64,000 bases of DNA from a virus. Below, one piece after another: positions 27,183 through 34,720 of this stretch. Location of the stretch: IMG/VR virus record IMGVR_UViG_3300043958_000214. One strand, 5' to 3'. Under the pieces are notes generated by a model, which was not told the DNA's origin, made no database searches, and worked only from the letters and a program-made list of their open reading frames with translations. Made by a program: the position numbers and the translations under genes. The first letter of the stretch is position 1, and each line of letters starts with the position of its first letter.

Positions 27183-27241
27183 TTCGAACCCGCAACCTAC
27201 GGTGTAGGGGACCGACGCGCTATCCGTTGCGCCACGAGGAC
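27166..27241 (-). tRNA. tRNA-Arg(CCT)
   Basis: Loop CCCCTAC (C33); CCA encoded. Confidence 0.8.
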
Positions 27242-27245
27242 ATCG

Positions 27246-27317
27246 AGCCACCAGGTGGATTCGAACCACCGTTCCCCGATTACAGGTCGGGAGTTCTCTC
27301 CGCTGAACTATGGAGGC
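27246..27317 (-). tRNA. tRNA-Thr(TGT)
   Basis: CCCGA CCTGTAA TCGGG (C33). Confidence 0.8.
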
Positions 27318-27345
27318 GACGGCCGTGCCTCCCGGCGCAGCCTAG

Positions 27346-27418
27346 AGCCCGAGGTGGGGGTCGAACCCACCGCCTCCCGATTACGAAACGGGCGCTCAAC
27401 CAGGTGAGCTTCTCGGGC
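27346..27418 (-). tRNA. tRNA-Thr(CGT)
   Basis: Loop TTCGTAA. Confidence 0.85.
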
Positions 27419-27421
27419 ATG

Positions 27422-27480
27422 GAGGTGCTGGCCGGAAGCGTTCCACTCACCGACCACTCCTCTTCGAGGTGCTGGCCGGA
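27422..27480 (-). repeat. Duplicated tRNA-Cys 3' end (15 nt)
   Basis: GAGGTGCTGGCCGGA (plus) at 27422 and 27466. Confidence 0.8.
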
Positions 27481-27537
27481 GTCGAACCGGCCTGAGCGGC
27501 TTTGCAGGCCGCGACCTTGCCGCTCGGCCACAGCACC
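27467..27537 (-). tRNA. tRNA-Cys(GCA)
   Basis: GCGGC CTGCAAA GCCGC; U73. Confidence 0.9.
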
Positions 27538-27538
27538 A

Positions 27539-27616
27539 TGGGGAGACTGACCGGATTTGAACCGGCGACGACCCGGGCCACAACCGGGCGTTCTACCAGA
27601 CTGAACTACAGCCTCC
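27539..27616 (-). tRNA. tRNA-His(GTG)
   Basis: G-1:C73, loop TTGTGGC, CCA encoded. Confidence 0.92.
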
Positions 27617-27618
27617 AG

Positions 27619-27690
27619 TGCTTCCGGGTGGAATCGGACCACCGCGCTCCGGGCTTCAACCGGATGCTCTACCAACTGAGCTACAGAAGC
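27619..27690 (-). tRNA. tRNA-Phe(GAA)
   Basis: TCCGG TTGAAGC CCGGA. Confidence 0.88.
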
Positions 27691-27721
27691 AATGCGGGAC
27701 GACGCCCCGCAGGCGCGACCG

Positions 27722-28054
27722 TCACGGGCGGTCGAAAGCGTAGGGCCGACCCGGCGCCGGGTTCAGCTTGTCCCACCCCTCATGGTCCGGGTGGGCGGCC
27801 CAGAACTCGCTCGTGTGCGCGTGAGAGCGGGCGGGATCCAACAGGCGCTCCATCCACGGGTATTGTCGGCACATCTCGTGGGCGCAGTCGTGACACACGA
27901 ACACCGTGGGAATGCCCTGATCGTTGTCGTCATGGAACATGCCGTAGCCGCCGCCGAACGTGATCGGCAGGGCGTTCTCAAGCTGAGTCGTGTCGGGGTC
28001 GTCGTCCTTCCACACCGGCTTGAGTTCCGTCCCGCAGTTGATACAGGTCGCCAT
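27722..28054 (-). CDS. Small putative zinc-binding protein inside the tRNA array
   Basis: CINC and CHDC pairs; RBS AAAGGGG. Confidence 0.7.
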   Translation of the reverse strand: MATCINCGTELKPVWKDDDPDTTQLENALPITFGGGYGMFHDDNDQGIPTVFVCHDCAHEMCRQYPWMERLLDPARSHAHTSEFWAAHPDHEGWDKLNPAPGRPYAFDRP

Positions 28055-28069
28055 CGTGACCCCCTTTCG

Positions 28070-28140
28070 CTCCGCCTCTAGGATTCGAACCTAGGTTCGG
28101 GGAACCAAAATCCCCTGTGCTGCCCTTACACCAAGGCGGA
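28070..28140 (-). tRNA. tRNA-Gln(TTG)
   Basis: GGGGA TTTTGGT TCCCC. Confidence 0.9.
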
Positions 28141-28212
28141 ATTGACTCGGCGTCTTCACGCCGTCGTCGGGATTTCTCCAAAACTTCGGCTTCGATGCCG
28201 CTGGCATCTCAG

Positions 28213-28285
28213 TCGGGATGGCGGGTCTCGAACCCACGACCTTCCGCTCCCAAAGCGGACGCGCTACCTACTGCGCCACATCCCG
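28213..28285 (-). tRNA. tRNA-Pro(TGG)
   Basis: TCCGC TTTGGGA GCGGA. Confidence 0.9.
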
Positions 28286-28289
28286 AAAG

Positions 28290-28362
28290 TGCGCGCGGCG
28301 GGGCTCGAACCCGCAGCCTCCGGCTCCGGAGGCCGGCGCTCTTTCCGTTGAGCTACGCGCGC
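28290..28362 (-). tRNA. tRNA-Arg(CCG)
   Basis: CCGGC CTCCGGA GCCGG. Confidence 0.9.
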
Positions 28363-28363
28363 A

Positions 28364-28441
28364 TGGTTGCGGCGGTTGGACTCGAACCAACGACCCCTCC
28401 GTTATGAGCAGAGCGCTGCTAACCGACTGAGCTACGCCGCA
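28364..28441 (-). tRNA. tRNA with CAT anticodon (elongator Met or Ile2)
   Basis: CTCTG CTCATAA CGGAG; CCA encoded; lacks initiator GGG/CCC. Confidence 0.85.
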
Positions 28442-28464
28442 ATCAAGGCTCCGCGAGGAGCCAG

Positions 28465-28538
28465 TGGTGACGCCTGGGATCGAACCAGGGATCTCCGCCT
28501 TATCAGAGCGGTGCCTTCACCAGCTTGGCCACGTCACC
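28465..28538 (-). tRNA. tRNA-Ile(GAT)
   Basis: CCGCT CTGATAA GGCGG. Confidence 0.9.
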
Positions 28539-28539
28539 G

Positions 28540-28612
28540 TCGGGATGGCGGGGCTCGAACCCACGACCTCGCGGCCCCCAGCCGCGCGCGCTTCCTACTG
28601 CGCCACATCCCG
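28540..28612 (-). tRNA. tRNA-Pro(GGG)
   Basis: CGCGG CTGGGGG CCGCG. Confidence 0.88.
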
Positions 28613-28712
28613 GTTGCACGGCGCTGATCGGGCGCTGACGGCCTGTGCCAAGCCGGAGGTTTCGCAAGACGCCGTACGCGCGTTCGCGGACAGTTGCGGG
28701 CCGACGACCCAG

Positions 28713-28783
28713 AGCGAGTGGCGGGAATCGAACCCGCATCGGGTGCTTGGAAGGCACTCGTCCTGCCATTGGACGACACTCGC
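28713..28783 (-). tRNA. tRNA-Gly(TCC)
   Basis: Loop CTTCCAA; U73. Confidence 0.88.
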
Positions 28784-28892
28784 ATCGGTGCGTTTCGCCT
28801 TGCGGCGCGGAGCACCAGGCCGGCCCACGTGTTTCGCTGGACCCCGAGGGCGGGGCTGGGATTCTTCCGCCGATCGCACGTACGCCTGCGCT

Positions 28893-29190
28893 CTCGGTTC
28901 GGTTCCAGCTACCGGGCTCCTTGATACCGGAGGACGCCACCATCGCTGTTTCGGCTTGACCCGTCATGGTCGCCCTGTCCTGCGGGTTCCAGCAGATTCG
29001 CTCCGCGAGAGCGTCCGCGTAGCGGGGTAAGCATCGGGACCTCGCGGGTCCCGCCCCGCGGCGTTGTTGTCCCTCAACGCCACTCCCATGACCCCGCGTC
29101 CGCGGGGTGAATGCCTCACCAGTGGTCGCGCAGGTTTCTGCGACGTCACCAGAAAACGGGACCCGGACGTCCATGGCCACCGAAGTCGAG
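28893..29190 (-). ncRNA. Candidate structured RNA with RNase P-like pairing topology
   Basis: Terminal pairing CTCG/CGAG, TTCGG/CCGAA, CCA/TGG; GGACGT/GCGTCC and CCGGG/CCCGG pseudoknot; no convincing ORF. Confidence 0.4.
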
Positions 29191-29205
29191 GACTGTTACT
29201 TCCAG

Positions 29206-29278
29206 TCGGAATAGCAGGGCTCGAACCTGCGACCTCGAGGACCCGAACCCCGCGCGCTACCAACTGCGCCATATTCCG
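29206..29278 (-). tRNA. tRNA-Pro(CGG)
   Basis: Loop TTCGGGT. Confidence 0.88.
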
Positions 29279-29282
29279 ATAG

Positions 29283-29354
29283 CTGCTCTGCCAGGATTCG
29301 AACCTAGCGCTCCCGATCCAGAGTCGGGCGGGTTACCGAATACCCCACAGAGCA
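29283..29354 (-). tRNA. tRNA-Gln(CTG)
   Basis: CCCGA CTCTGGA TCGGG. Confidence 0.88.
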
Positions 29355-29421
29355 ATGCGACCGTTGGTCCCAAAAGCTGGGAACGGACACATGAACAACG
29401 CACCGCGCGGAGTGCGCTTCG

Positions 29422-29504
29422 CGGAAAGCAGAGAACTCGAATCCCAGCGCTTGAGCGCCCAACCGACTTCCAATCGGTGCCCGAACCTCACGGGTTTACT
29501 TTCC
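29422..29504 (-). tRNA. tRNA-Ser(GGA)
   Basis: ACCGA TTGGAAG TCGGT; long variable arm. Confidence 0.85.
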
Positions 29505-29505
29505 A

Positions 29506-29583
29506 TGGCGACCTATGTCGGATTCGAACCGACGATCTCCGCCGTGACAGGGCGGCGTCCACTCCAAACTGGACCAATAGGCC
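29506..29583 (-). tRNA. tRNA-Asp(GTC)
   Basis: CCGCC CTGTCAC GGCGG; CCA encoded. Confidence 0.92.
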
Positions 29584-29611
29584 ATTACGCACCGGATGCT
29601 TCCGGTGCCGG

Positions 29612-29684
29612 CTCTCCGAGCAGGACTCGAACCTACGACACGGCGGTTAACGGCCGCCTGCTCTACCAGCTGAGCTACCGGAGA
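29612..29684 (-). tRNA. tRNA-Asn(GTT)
   Basis: GGCGG CCGTTAA CCGCC (C33). Confidence 0.85.
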
Positions 29685-29791
29685 ATGCGTTCTGGGGCCA
29701 GCGGCCTTTGCGACGGCGAACCGCCCCGACACGATGCCGATGGGGCGGTCTGTGACCGAGAGGCCTTACCGGCGTCACGTCCAGAACGTCG

Positions 29792-29864
29792 TACTCCCAG
29801 GGGGACTCGAACCCCCGCCCCCGGAGTGAAGATCCGGGATCCTGGACCGCTAGACGATGGGAGC
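29792..29864 (-). tRNA. tRNA-Glu(TTC)
   Basis: CCGGA TCTTCAC TCCGG (C33). Confidence 0.85.
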
Positions 29865-29883
29865 ATGGGCGCTCTCGCGCCAG

Positions 29884-29956
29884 AGCCCAGTGCGGGGTTC
29901 GAACCCGCGACCTCGCCCTTACCAAGGGCGTGCGCTACCGACTGCGCCAACTAGGC
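29884..29956 (-). tRNA. tRNA-Thr(GGT)
   Basis: CGCCC TTGGTAA GGGCG. Confidence 0.9.
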
Positions 29957-29960
29957 ATCG

Positions 29961-29997
29961 AGCGGATGGTCGGGTTCGAACCGACGATCTTCTCCTT
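29961..29997 (-). pseudogene. 3' half of a tRNA-Gly (probably GCC), broken at the anticodon loop
   Basis: AA GGAGA AGATC GTCGG TTCGAAC CCGAC CATCCGC T remains; IS right end abuts position 37. Confidence 0.75.
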
Positions 29998-30310
29998 TTG
30001 ACATCCTCTCGGCCCTGAGGGACCGAGATTCCTGTTGGCCGTGCGGTCGCCTTCTCAGACTGCGTGCAGGTCAGTGCAGGGGGTTGACGCTTCGCAGGGG
30101 TTGCCGGCCGGCACCTGGGTGCTGGCGGGTCTTACTGCTCCTCCACGTCCAAGGCCGTTGTCCCGGCCCGTCTCACGGTGGGTTTCTTCCAGTCCCAGGG
30201 TGAGGATGTTGGTGGCGGCGTTGATGTCCGCGTTGTCCTCATGCCCGCAGGCCACGCACCGGAAGACCACTTGGCTCTCGCGGCTCCCTTTGCGACGCGG
30301 CCACGCCCGG
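29998..30310 (-). mobile_element. tnpB: IS200/IS605-family remnant: tnpB 3' end plus right end
   Basis: FRCVACGHEDNADINAATNI zinc finger/RuvC-III; right end hairpin CTCGGTCCCTCAGGGCCGAG then GATGTCAA; left boundary approximate. Confidence 0.85.
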
Positions 30311-30341
30311 GCCGCAATCCGGGGCGTGACACCCGGACCAG

Positions 30342-30414
30342 AGCGAGCAGCGGGGATCGAACCCGCGACCTCTTCCGTGGGAGGGAAGCGCGCTACCAGC
30401 TGCGCCATGCTCGC
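30342..30414 (-). tRNA. tRNA-Gly(CCC)
   Basis: CTTCC CTCCCAC GGAAG. Confidence 0.9.
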
Positions 30415-30455
30415 ATGAGCGCCGATCCCAGTACTCGGACCTGCTTGTCGCCCAG

Positions 30456-30540
30456 TACCCGCTCCGGGGCTCGAACCCGGACGTCCTTGCGGACACCGAG
30501 GTTTGAGCTCGGCGCGTCTACCTGATTTCGCCACGCGGGC
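30456..30540 (-). tRNA. tRNA-Leu(CAA)
   Basis: CCGAG CTCAAAC CTCGG; long variable arm. Confidence 0.9.
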
Positions 30541-30699
30541 ATGTGGTGGAGCGCGCGGCGACTCGACCTCCGCGCCCCGGCGCGACTCTTGTCGCCCGGA
30601 TTTCTGGCCGGCCCTGGTGAATGCGCCCGGCACTGGTGAGCCATCAGCAGCTCGGTATCGGCACCACCCGATCCGCGGGCTGCGTCACTCGCCCCAAAG

Positions 30700-30772
30700 T
30701 GGACCGTACCGGGATCGAACCGGTGACCTCCTCGTTGCGAACGAGGCGCGCTACCTACTGCGCTAACAGCCC
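30700..30772 (-). tRNA. tRNA-Ala(CGC)
   Basis: G3:U70; loop TTCGCAA. Confidence 0.9.
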
Positions 30773-30861
30773 AATCGGGCACCCGTGCGCTGCCGTAGCC
30801 ACTCACGCGCGGGCAACCAGTCCGACTCGGGATCTCTCCCTCCCTCGCTGGTCTTGCCCGG

Positions 30862-30934
30862 TGGACCGTGCGGGATTCGGACCCGCGACCTCCGCCATGC
30901 CATGGCGGCGCGCTACCAACTGCGCCAACAGCCC
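30862..30934 (-). tRNA. tRNA-Ala(GGC)
   Basis: G3:U70; loop ATGGCAT. Confidence 0.88.
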
Positions 30935-31078
30935 ATTGAGACACCGTCGCCGAACCTCTGGCGGCACTGCGGCACAGGCCAAGGTTTGGCTATCGTCCTT
31001 GACCCGCCTACGGTGTCTTTCGGCCCCGCGACGGGCCGGGACGCTTCCGCGCCCCCGGACGGTCCGCTGCCCGTGCAG

Positions 31079-31151
31079 TTGGCGATCCCGGGCTCGAACC
31101 GGGGACCCTCTCCTCGTCGTGGAGATGCGCTACCGACTGCGCCAATCGCCA
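31079..31151 (-). tRNA. tRNA-Val(GAC)
   Basis: TCTCC ACGACGA GGAGA (C33, G37). Confidence 0.78.
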
Positions 31152-31333
31152 GTGCGGCCGAGGGCCTGCAGAACCCTCGACTTGATGTCTCGTCCGACGT
31201 CGCGGGCATCCTCGCGTCCCGGTATGTGTGCCGGGCTCGCCCGGCTACCATGTCGGCCGGGGCTCTCGTCGTGGTCGCGGAGGCGAAGTGCACGGCACTT
31301 CTCACCCCGCCGACACCCCTTCGGGTGCCGTCG

Positions 31334-31418
31334 CGGAAGGTGCGGGAGTCGAACTCGCACGGGGTCTCCCCCACACCGCTTTCAAGGCGGCTGCCGGCGC
31401 CAATCGGCTGGACCTTCC
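31334..31418 (-). tRNA. tRNA-Ser(TGA)
   Basis: Loop CTTGAAA; long variable arm. Confidence 0.88.
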
Positions 31419-31421
31419 AAA

Positions 31422-31516
31422 GTGCCGCTGGAGGGAATGGGATGCCCTCCATCTTCACTGCGTGCCGCTGGAGGGAATGGGATGCCCTCCATCTTCACTG
31501 CGTGCCGCTGGAGGGA
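31422..31516 (-). repeat. 40-nt tandem repeats containing the tRNA-Arg(ACG) 3' end
   Basis: GTGCCGCTGGAGGGA (plus) at 31422, 31462, 31502 with identical linkers. Confidence 0.9.
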
Positions 31517-31576
31517 GTCGAACCCCCGACCTCGACGTTCGTAGCGTCGCACTCTATCCTGCTGAGCTACAGCGGC
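31503..31576 (-). tRNA. tRNA-Arg(ACG)
   Basis: CGACG CTACGAA CGTCG. Confidence 0.9.
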
Positions 31577-31619
31577 ATTGCGTCCGGGGACGAGCGAGGA
31601 TCCCCGGACAGTAGTCTCG

Positions 31620-32500
31620 GCACGCCTTCCCGGAGTCGACCCGGGAGCGTCTCGCCTTCGCCAAAGGGCGGTCTCGCTGGCGCGCTACCCGTCCTGAATT
31701 CTTGGGCCGAGGACTACTTCGGCTTGCAGCGCCACTCGGCCTCCCGGCCGGCCTCGAATCGGCTGATGCCCTGCACGACATGAATGCCGCGCGCTTCGGG
31801 AAGTTGATGCGAGTGAGAGTATCCCGCATGATCTCGGTGTTCTTTCGCCGCCGTATGGATTAGCGACTTCTCCACGGTGTTCCCACCGTACCCACCACAC
31901 ACGGTCGGTTGCGCCGACCAGTCGTCGAGTCATCGACTACTCCACCGGTTTCGATTCGTCTTGGGATTGCAGGTCCCAGGATTGCTCTACCGCCGCATGA
32001 ACCACGAGGCTCCTTGCGAGAACCACGTAGCCTCCGTTGCCCGAAAGCCGAAGGATTAGTGCGCTATTGTCGATGACTGAGGAAGTCTTTCGCTATGAAA
32101 AAACCATTTCATGTGGTTTGAGGTACCGGGACGCGCTTCCTCTGAGGTTCCGGCTCCTTTTGAAAGTCAGAATGCCTCACGCCCCCATATGCGTTCGTTG
32201 TCGGCTACTAGCAATCTGTCTGTCGTCCACGATCCCGTCGGACCGTTTCCGGCATTCATGGGCCCCGCCCTCGGCTGACGACCTCGGACTCCTGACCCTC
32301 ACGAACGACGCACCGCGCTCACCTGACACTCCCGCGACACGCCACGCTAGCGTGTGGGCCCTCAGCAGTTTTGCCCTTGGGCCACGGGAGCGGCTCGCGC
32401 GGCGAGGGACCCCCACTTACGGATCCCTGCTCGCCCGGCGTGCGTGGATGTACCACCGAAGTGGCGGGCAGGTGTACCGGACCGTGCCCTTTCACCGGCT
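31620..32500 (-). ncRNA. Probable GOLLD-like large ncRNA (boundaries approximate)
   Basis: About 900 nt without a credible ORF inside a tRNA array; lower-GC core; GGTTCTCGCAAGGA..GTGGTT..GGTAGAG segment recalled as GOLLD-like. Confidence 0.6.
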
Positions 32501-32531
32501 CACGCCGGCTTATGCCCCCACGCGGGCATCG

Positions 32532-32603
32532 CACTCCCAGGGGGATTCGAACCCTCGTCGCCCGGCTGAGAACCGGGCGTCTTGACCACTGGACTATGGG
32601 AGC
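32532..32603 (-). tRNA. tRNA-Glu(CTC)
   Basis: CCCGG TTCTCAG CCGGG. Confidence 0.9.
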
Positions 32604-32608
32604 CTGCG

Positions 32609-32689
32609 TGCCGATCGAGGGACTTGAACCCTCACGCCCGAAGACACCAGCACCTCATGCTGGCGCGTCTGCCATTCCGCCAGATCGGC
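32609..32689 (-). tRNA. tRNA-Leu(GAG)
   Basis: CCAGC ATGAGGT GCTGG. Confidence 0.88.
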
Positions 32690-32720
32690 AATGCGGCGAT
32701 TCGGCGCGCCGCGCGCCTCG

Positions 32721-32802
32721 TACCGACTCCGGGGCTCGAACCCGGATGCCCGAAGGCACCGCCACCTGAAGGCGGCGCGTCTGCCAATTTCGCCAAGTCG
32801 GC
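32721..32802 (-). tRNA. tRNA-Leu(CAG)
   Basis: CCGCC TTCAGGT GGCGG. Confidence 0.9.
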
Positions 32803-32803
32803 A

Positions 32804-32875
32804 TGGTCGACGGTCTGGGAATCGAACCCAGCACGACCTCCGTGTAGGGGAGGCTTGCGTCCCAGCGTCCCGTCG
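32804..32875 (-). tRNA. tRNA-Val(TAC), atypical D-arm
   Basis: CCTCC CCTACAC GGAGG (C33); good T-arm; CCA encoded. Confidence 0.65.
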
Positions 32876-32924
32876 GATGGCGCGGAGGCCGTTGGAGGAG
32901 ATGGAGAGCCCCGACCTCCGCGCC

Positions 32925-32999
32925 TGGCATACCGACCGGGGTTCGAACCCGGATCTGCGGTGTTGGAGACCGCTGTTCTCACCGTTGAACTATCGGCAT
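32925..32999 (-). tRNA. tRNA-Trp(CCA)
   Basis: GCGGT CTCCAAC ACCGC; CCA encoded. Confidence 0.9.
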
Positions 33000-33026
33000 A
33001 GTGGGCACCGGCATCCCGGTGCTTTG

Positions 33027-33099
33027 TGCGCCCAGAGGGGTTCGAACCCTCGACCCGGAGCTTAAAAGGCAACTGCTCTACCAACTGAGCTATAGGCGC
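33027..33099 (-). tRNA. tRNA-Lys(TTT)
   Basis: Loop CTTTTAA; two mismatches in anticodon stem. Confidence 0.78.
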
Positions 33100-33116
33100 A
33101 AGAAACGTGAAGCCAG

Positions 33117-33190
33117 TACCCCGTCTGGGGATCGAACCCAGGACCCGACGCTTAAGAGGCGCCTGCTCTTACCGGCTGAGCTAACGAGGC
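33117..33190 (-). tRNA. tRNA-Lys(CTT)
   Basis: GGCGC CTCTTAA GCGTC. Confidence 0.9.
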
Positions 33191-33243
33191 ATGATGGAGA
33201 AGGAGAGGCGCGGCATTCGCCGCTCGCCCACCTGCTCACTGCG

Positions 33244-33315
33244 TAGCGCAGGCCGGATTCGGACCGGCATCTTCTGGCGTATGAGGCCAGTGTGTTCCCG
33301 TTACACCACCGCGCG
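33244..33315 (-). tRNA. tRNA with CAT anticodon (possibly initiator-like)
   Basis: CTGGC CTCATAC GCCAG; unpaired C1/U72 but no GGG/CCC stem. Confidence 0.78.
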
Positions 33316-33319
33316 TCAC

Positions 33320-33945
33320 GCCGGGCGCCGAGTCGCTGCGAGCGCTTTCGCTGCTCGAGTCTCGGCTGCGGGATAGCCCGCCACGTCCTGCCCCGGCGAC
33401 AGGAGGTTCCGGTATGCGTGTACTCGGCCGGACCCCGGTTTCCGTAGCCCGTCCGAGTACCGGGTGGGCGGCATGGCCCTCGGCGCGGGGCCCCGCGCCT
33501 TCGCTGCCCCGGCAGGCAGGACGACCTCCTCACTCATGTCACGCAAGCCGGACGAGGTCGGTTCCGGTCGCGCGGGCGGACGTTCCGCCGACCTCACCGC
33601 CGGCTTCCTGCCTGGCAATGAGGTGGAGTGTCCCGCGGTCCGTGCACGGCTCGCGGGGGTCCCGGATTCCGTTCGGCTCCGGTGGCCGGATCCCAAGGTT
33701 AGCGTCGCAGGTTGGTTGACGGGGAGGTTTGGCCTGGCCGTTCCCATGCACAGGGGTCCGCGTGGTGTCGTCACCGGACGTGTCCGCGCTTCCCCCTTCC
33801 TAGCCCCGATGACAGCCGGGGAGAGGGCGTTGAATGCACCCAGGGTATGACGGTCGCTGGGTGCCCCTCACCGCGCTCCGGGGCGGGATCAACCCGCCCT
33901 TGCGTCGCGCTCGGCTTCGCCGCGGGGCGAGAGGCCGAGGTCTCC
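33320..33945 (-). ncRNA. Candidate ~620-nt structured RNA
   Basis: No credible ORF; many stems (GTACTCGG/CCGAGTAC, GAGGTCGG/CCGACCTC, GGCGCGGGG/CCCCGCGCC). Confidence 0.4.
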
Positions 33946-33948
33946 ACG

Positions 33949-34029
33949 TGCCGGCTGAGGGGGTCGAACCCTCATGCCCGAAGGCGCTGGCTCCTAAGGC
34001 CAGTGCGTCTGCCATTTCGCCAAGCCGGC
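33949..34029 (-). tRNA. tRNA-Leu(TAG)
   Basis: CTGGC CTTAGGA GCCAG. Confidence 0.9.
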
Positions 34030-34156
34030 AGTTCCCGGGGATGAGGCGCGGCTGCCGGGCCAGCCTGAGGCGTGCGCCGGGGGCTACCGGGCGTCGTTTC
34101 CCACTCCGATTTGGGCGTCACCACAGGTGTGGGAGCGGCCTGGAGGCGGACGATCG

Positions 34157-34229
34157 TGGACCCACGGGGAATCGAACCCCGAACCCCCTGCTTGCAAAGC
34201 AGGTGCGCTACCGTTTGCGCTATGAGCCC
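34157..34229 (-). tRNA. tRNA-Ala(TGC)
   Basis: G3:U70; CCTGC TTTGCAA GCAGG. Confidence 0.9.
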
Positions 34230-34305
34230 AGCTTCCGGGTCCTCGGCATCGCGGGCGGTCGTCGCCGTGTGCATCCGCGACCCAGCGGCTTGAACGCTGG
34301 CCGGA

Positions 34306-34360
34306 CAGTGGAGCTGCGGGGAATGGAATACCCCTCGCTTCCAGTGGAGCTGCGGGGAAT
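34306..34360 (-). repeat. Duplicated tmRNA 3' end (19 nt)
   Basis: CAGTGGAGCTGCGGGGAAT (plus) at 34306 and 34342. Confidence 0.85.
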
Positions 34361-34691
34361 CGAACCCCGGTCCGAGATGGCAAGTCATTCAAGGATTTCA
34401 CGAGCGTAGGACGGCGAAGACTCCTGGGCGCGCCCGCGCCGTCCACGGCGCGCCCTCGTTTCCGATCATTGTCTCAACGCCGGGCCTGGTCGGTCGTCCC
34501 GTCGTCCAGTCGCACTACATGATGCCTGCCACCTGGGGGTGCGACCGCCCCGGTGCGGCACTCGTCACGCGGCGAGAATGAAGTTGTCGTTGGCAACTAT
34601 GGGTGCAGCGCCAGTTGTTGACGGGGGTGATGCTGCCTGCCCCGGCTCGACTTTCAATCATCGTTTCATCCCGTCGAAACCGATCAGCCCC
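34345..34691 (-). ncRNA. ssrA: tmRNA
   Basis: 5' GGGGCTGATCGGTTTCGAC; 3' T-arm and CAGCTCCA with G3:U70; tag ORF ANDNFILAA* at 34565-34594. Confidence 0.95.
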
Positions 34692-34720
34692 GATAGGGAT
34701 ACACCCTCAAGGTGCACCAG

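Noticed and set aside
27049-27215. Possible amber-suppressor (CTA) anticodons in the two Arg-like tRNAs
   Set aside because: The paired stems fix the register at TCT and CCT; a CTA reading needs a shifted, mismatched stem
28893-29190. Firm call as rnpB
   Set aside because: Lacks P3 and the universally conserved GAGGAAAGUCC; kept only as a hypothesis
31222-31233. GGCACACATA near-match to class B
   Set aside because: One mismatch, inside a structured spacer, no downstream start
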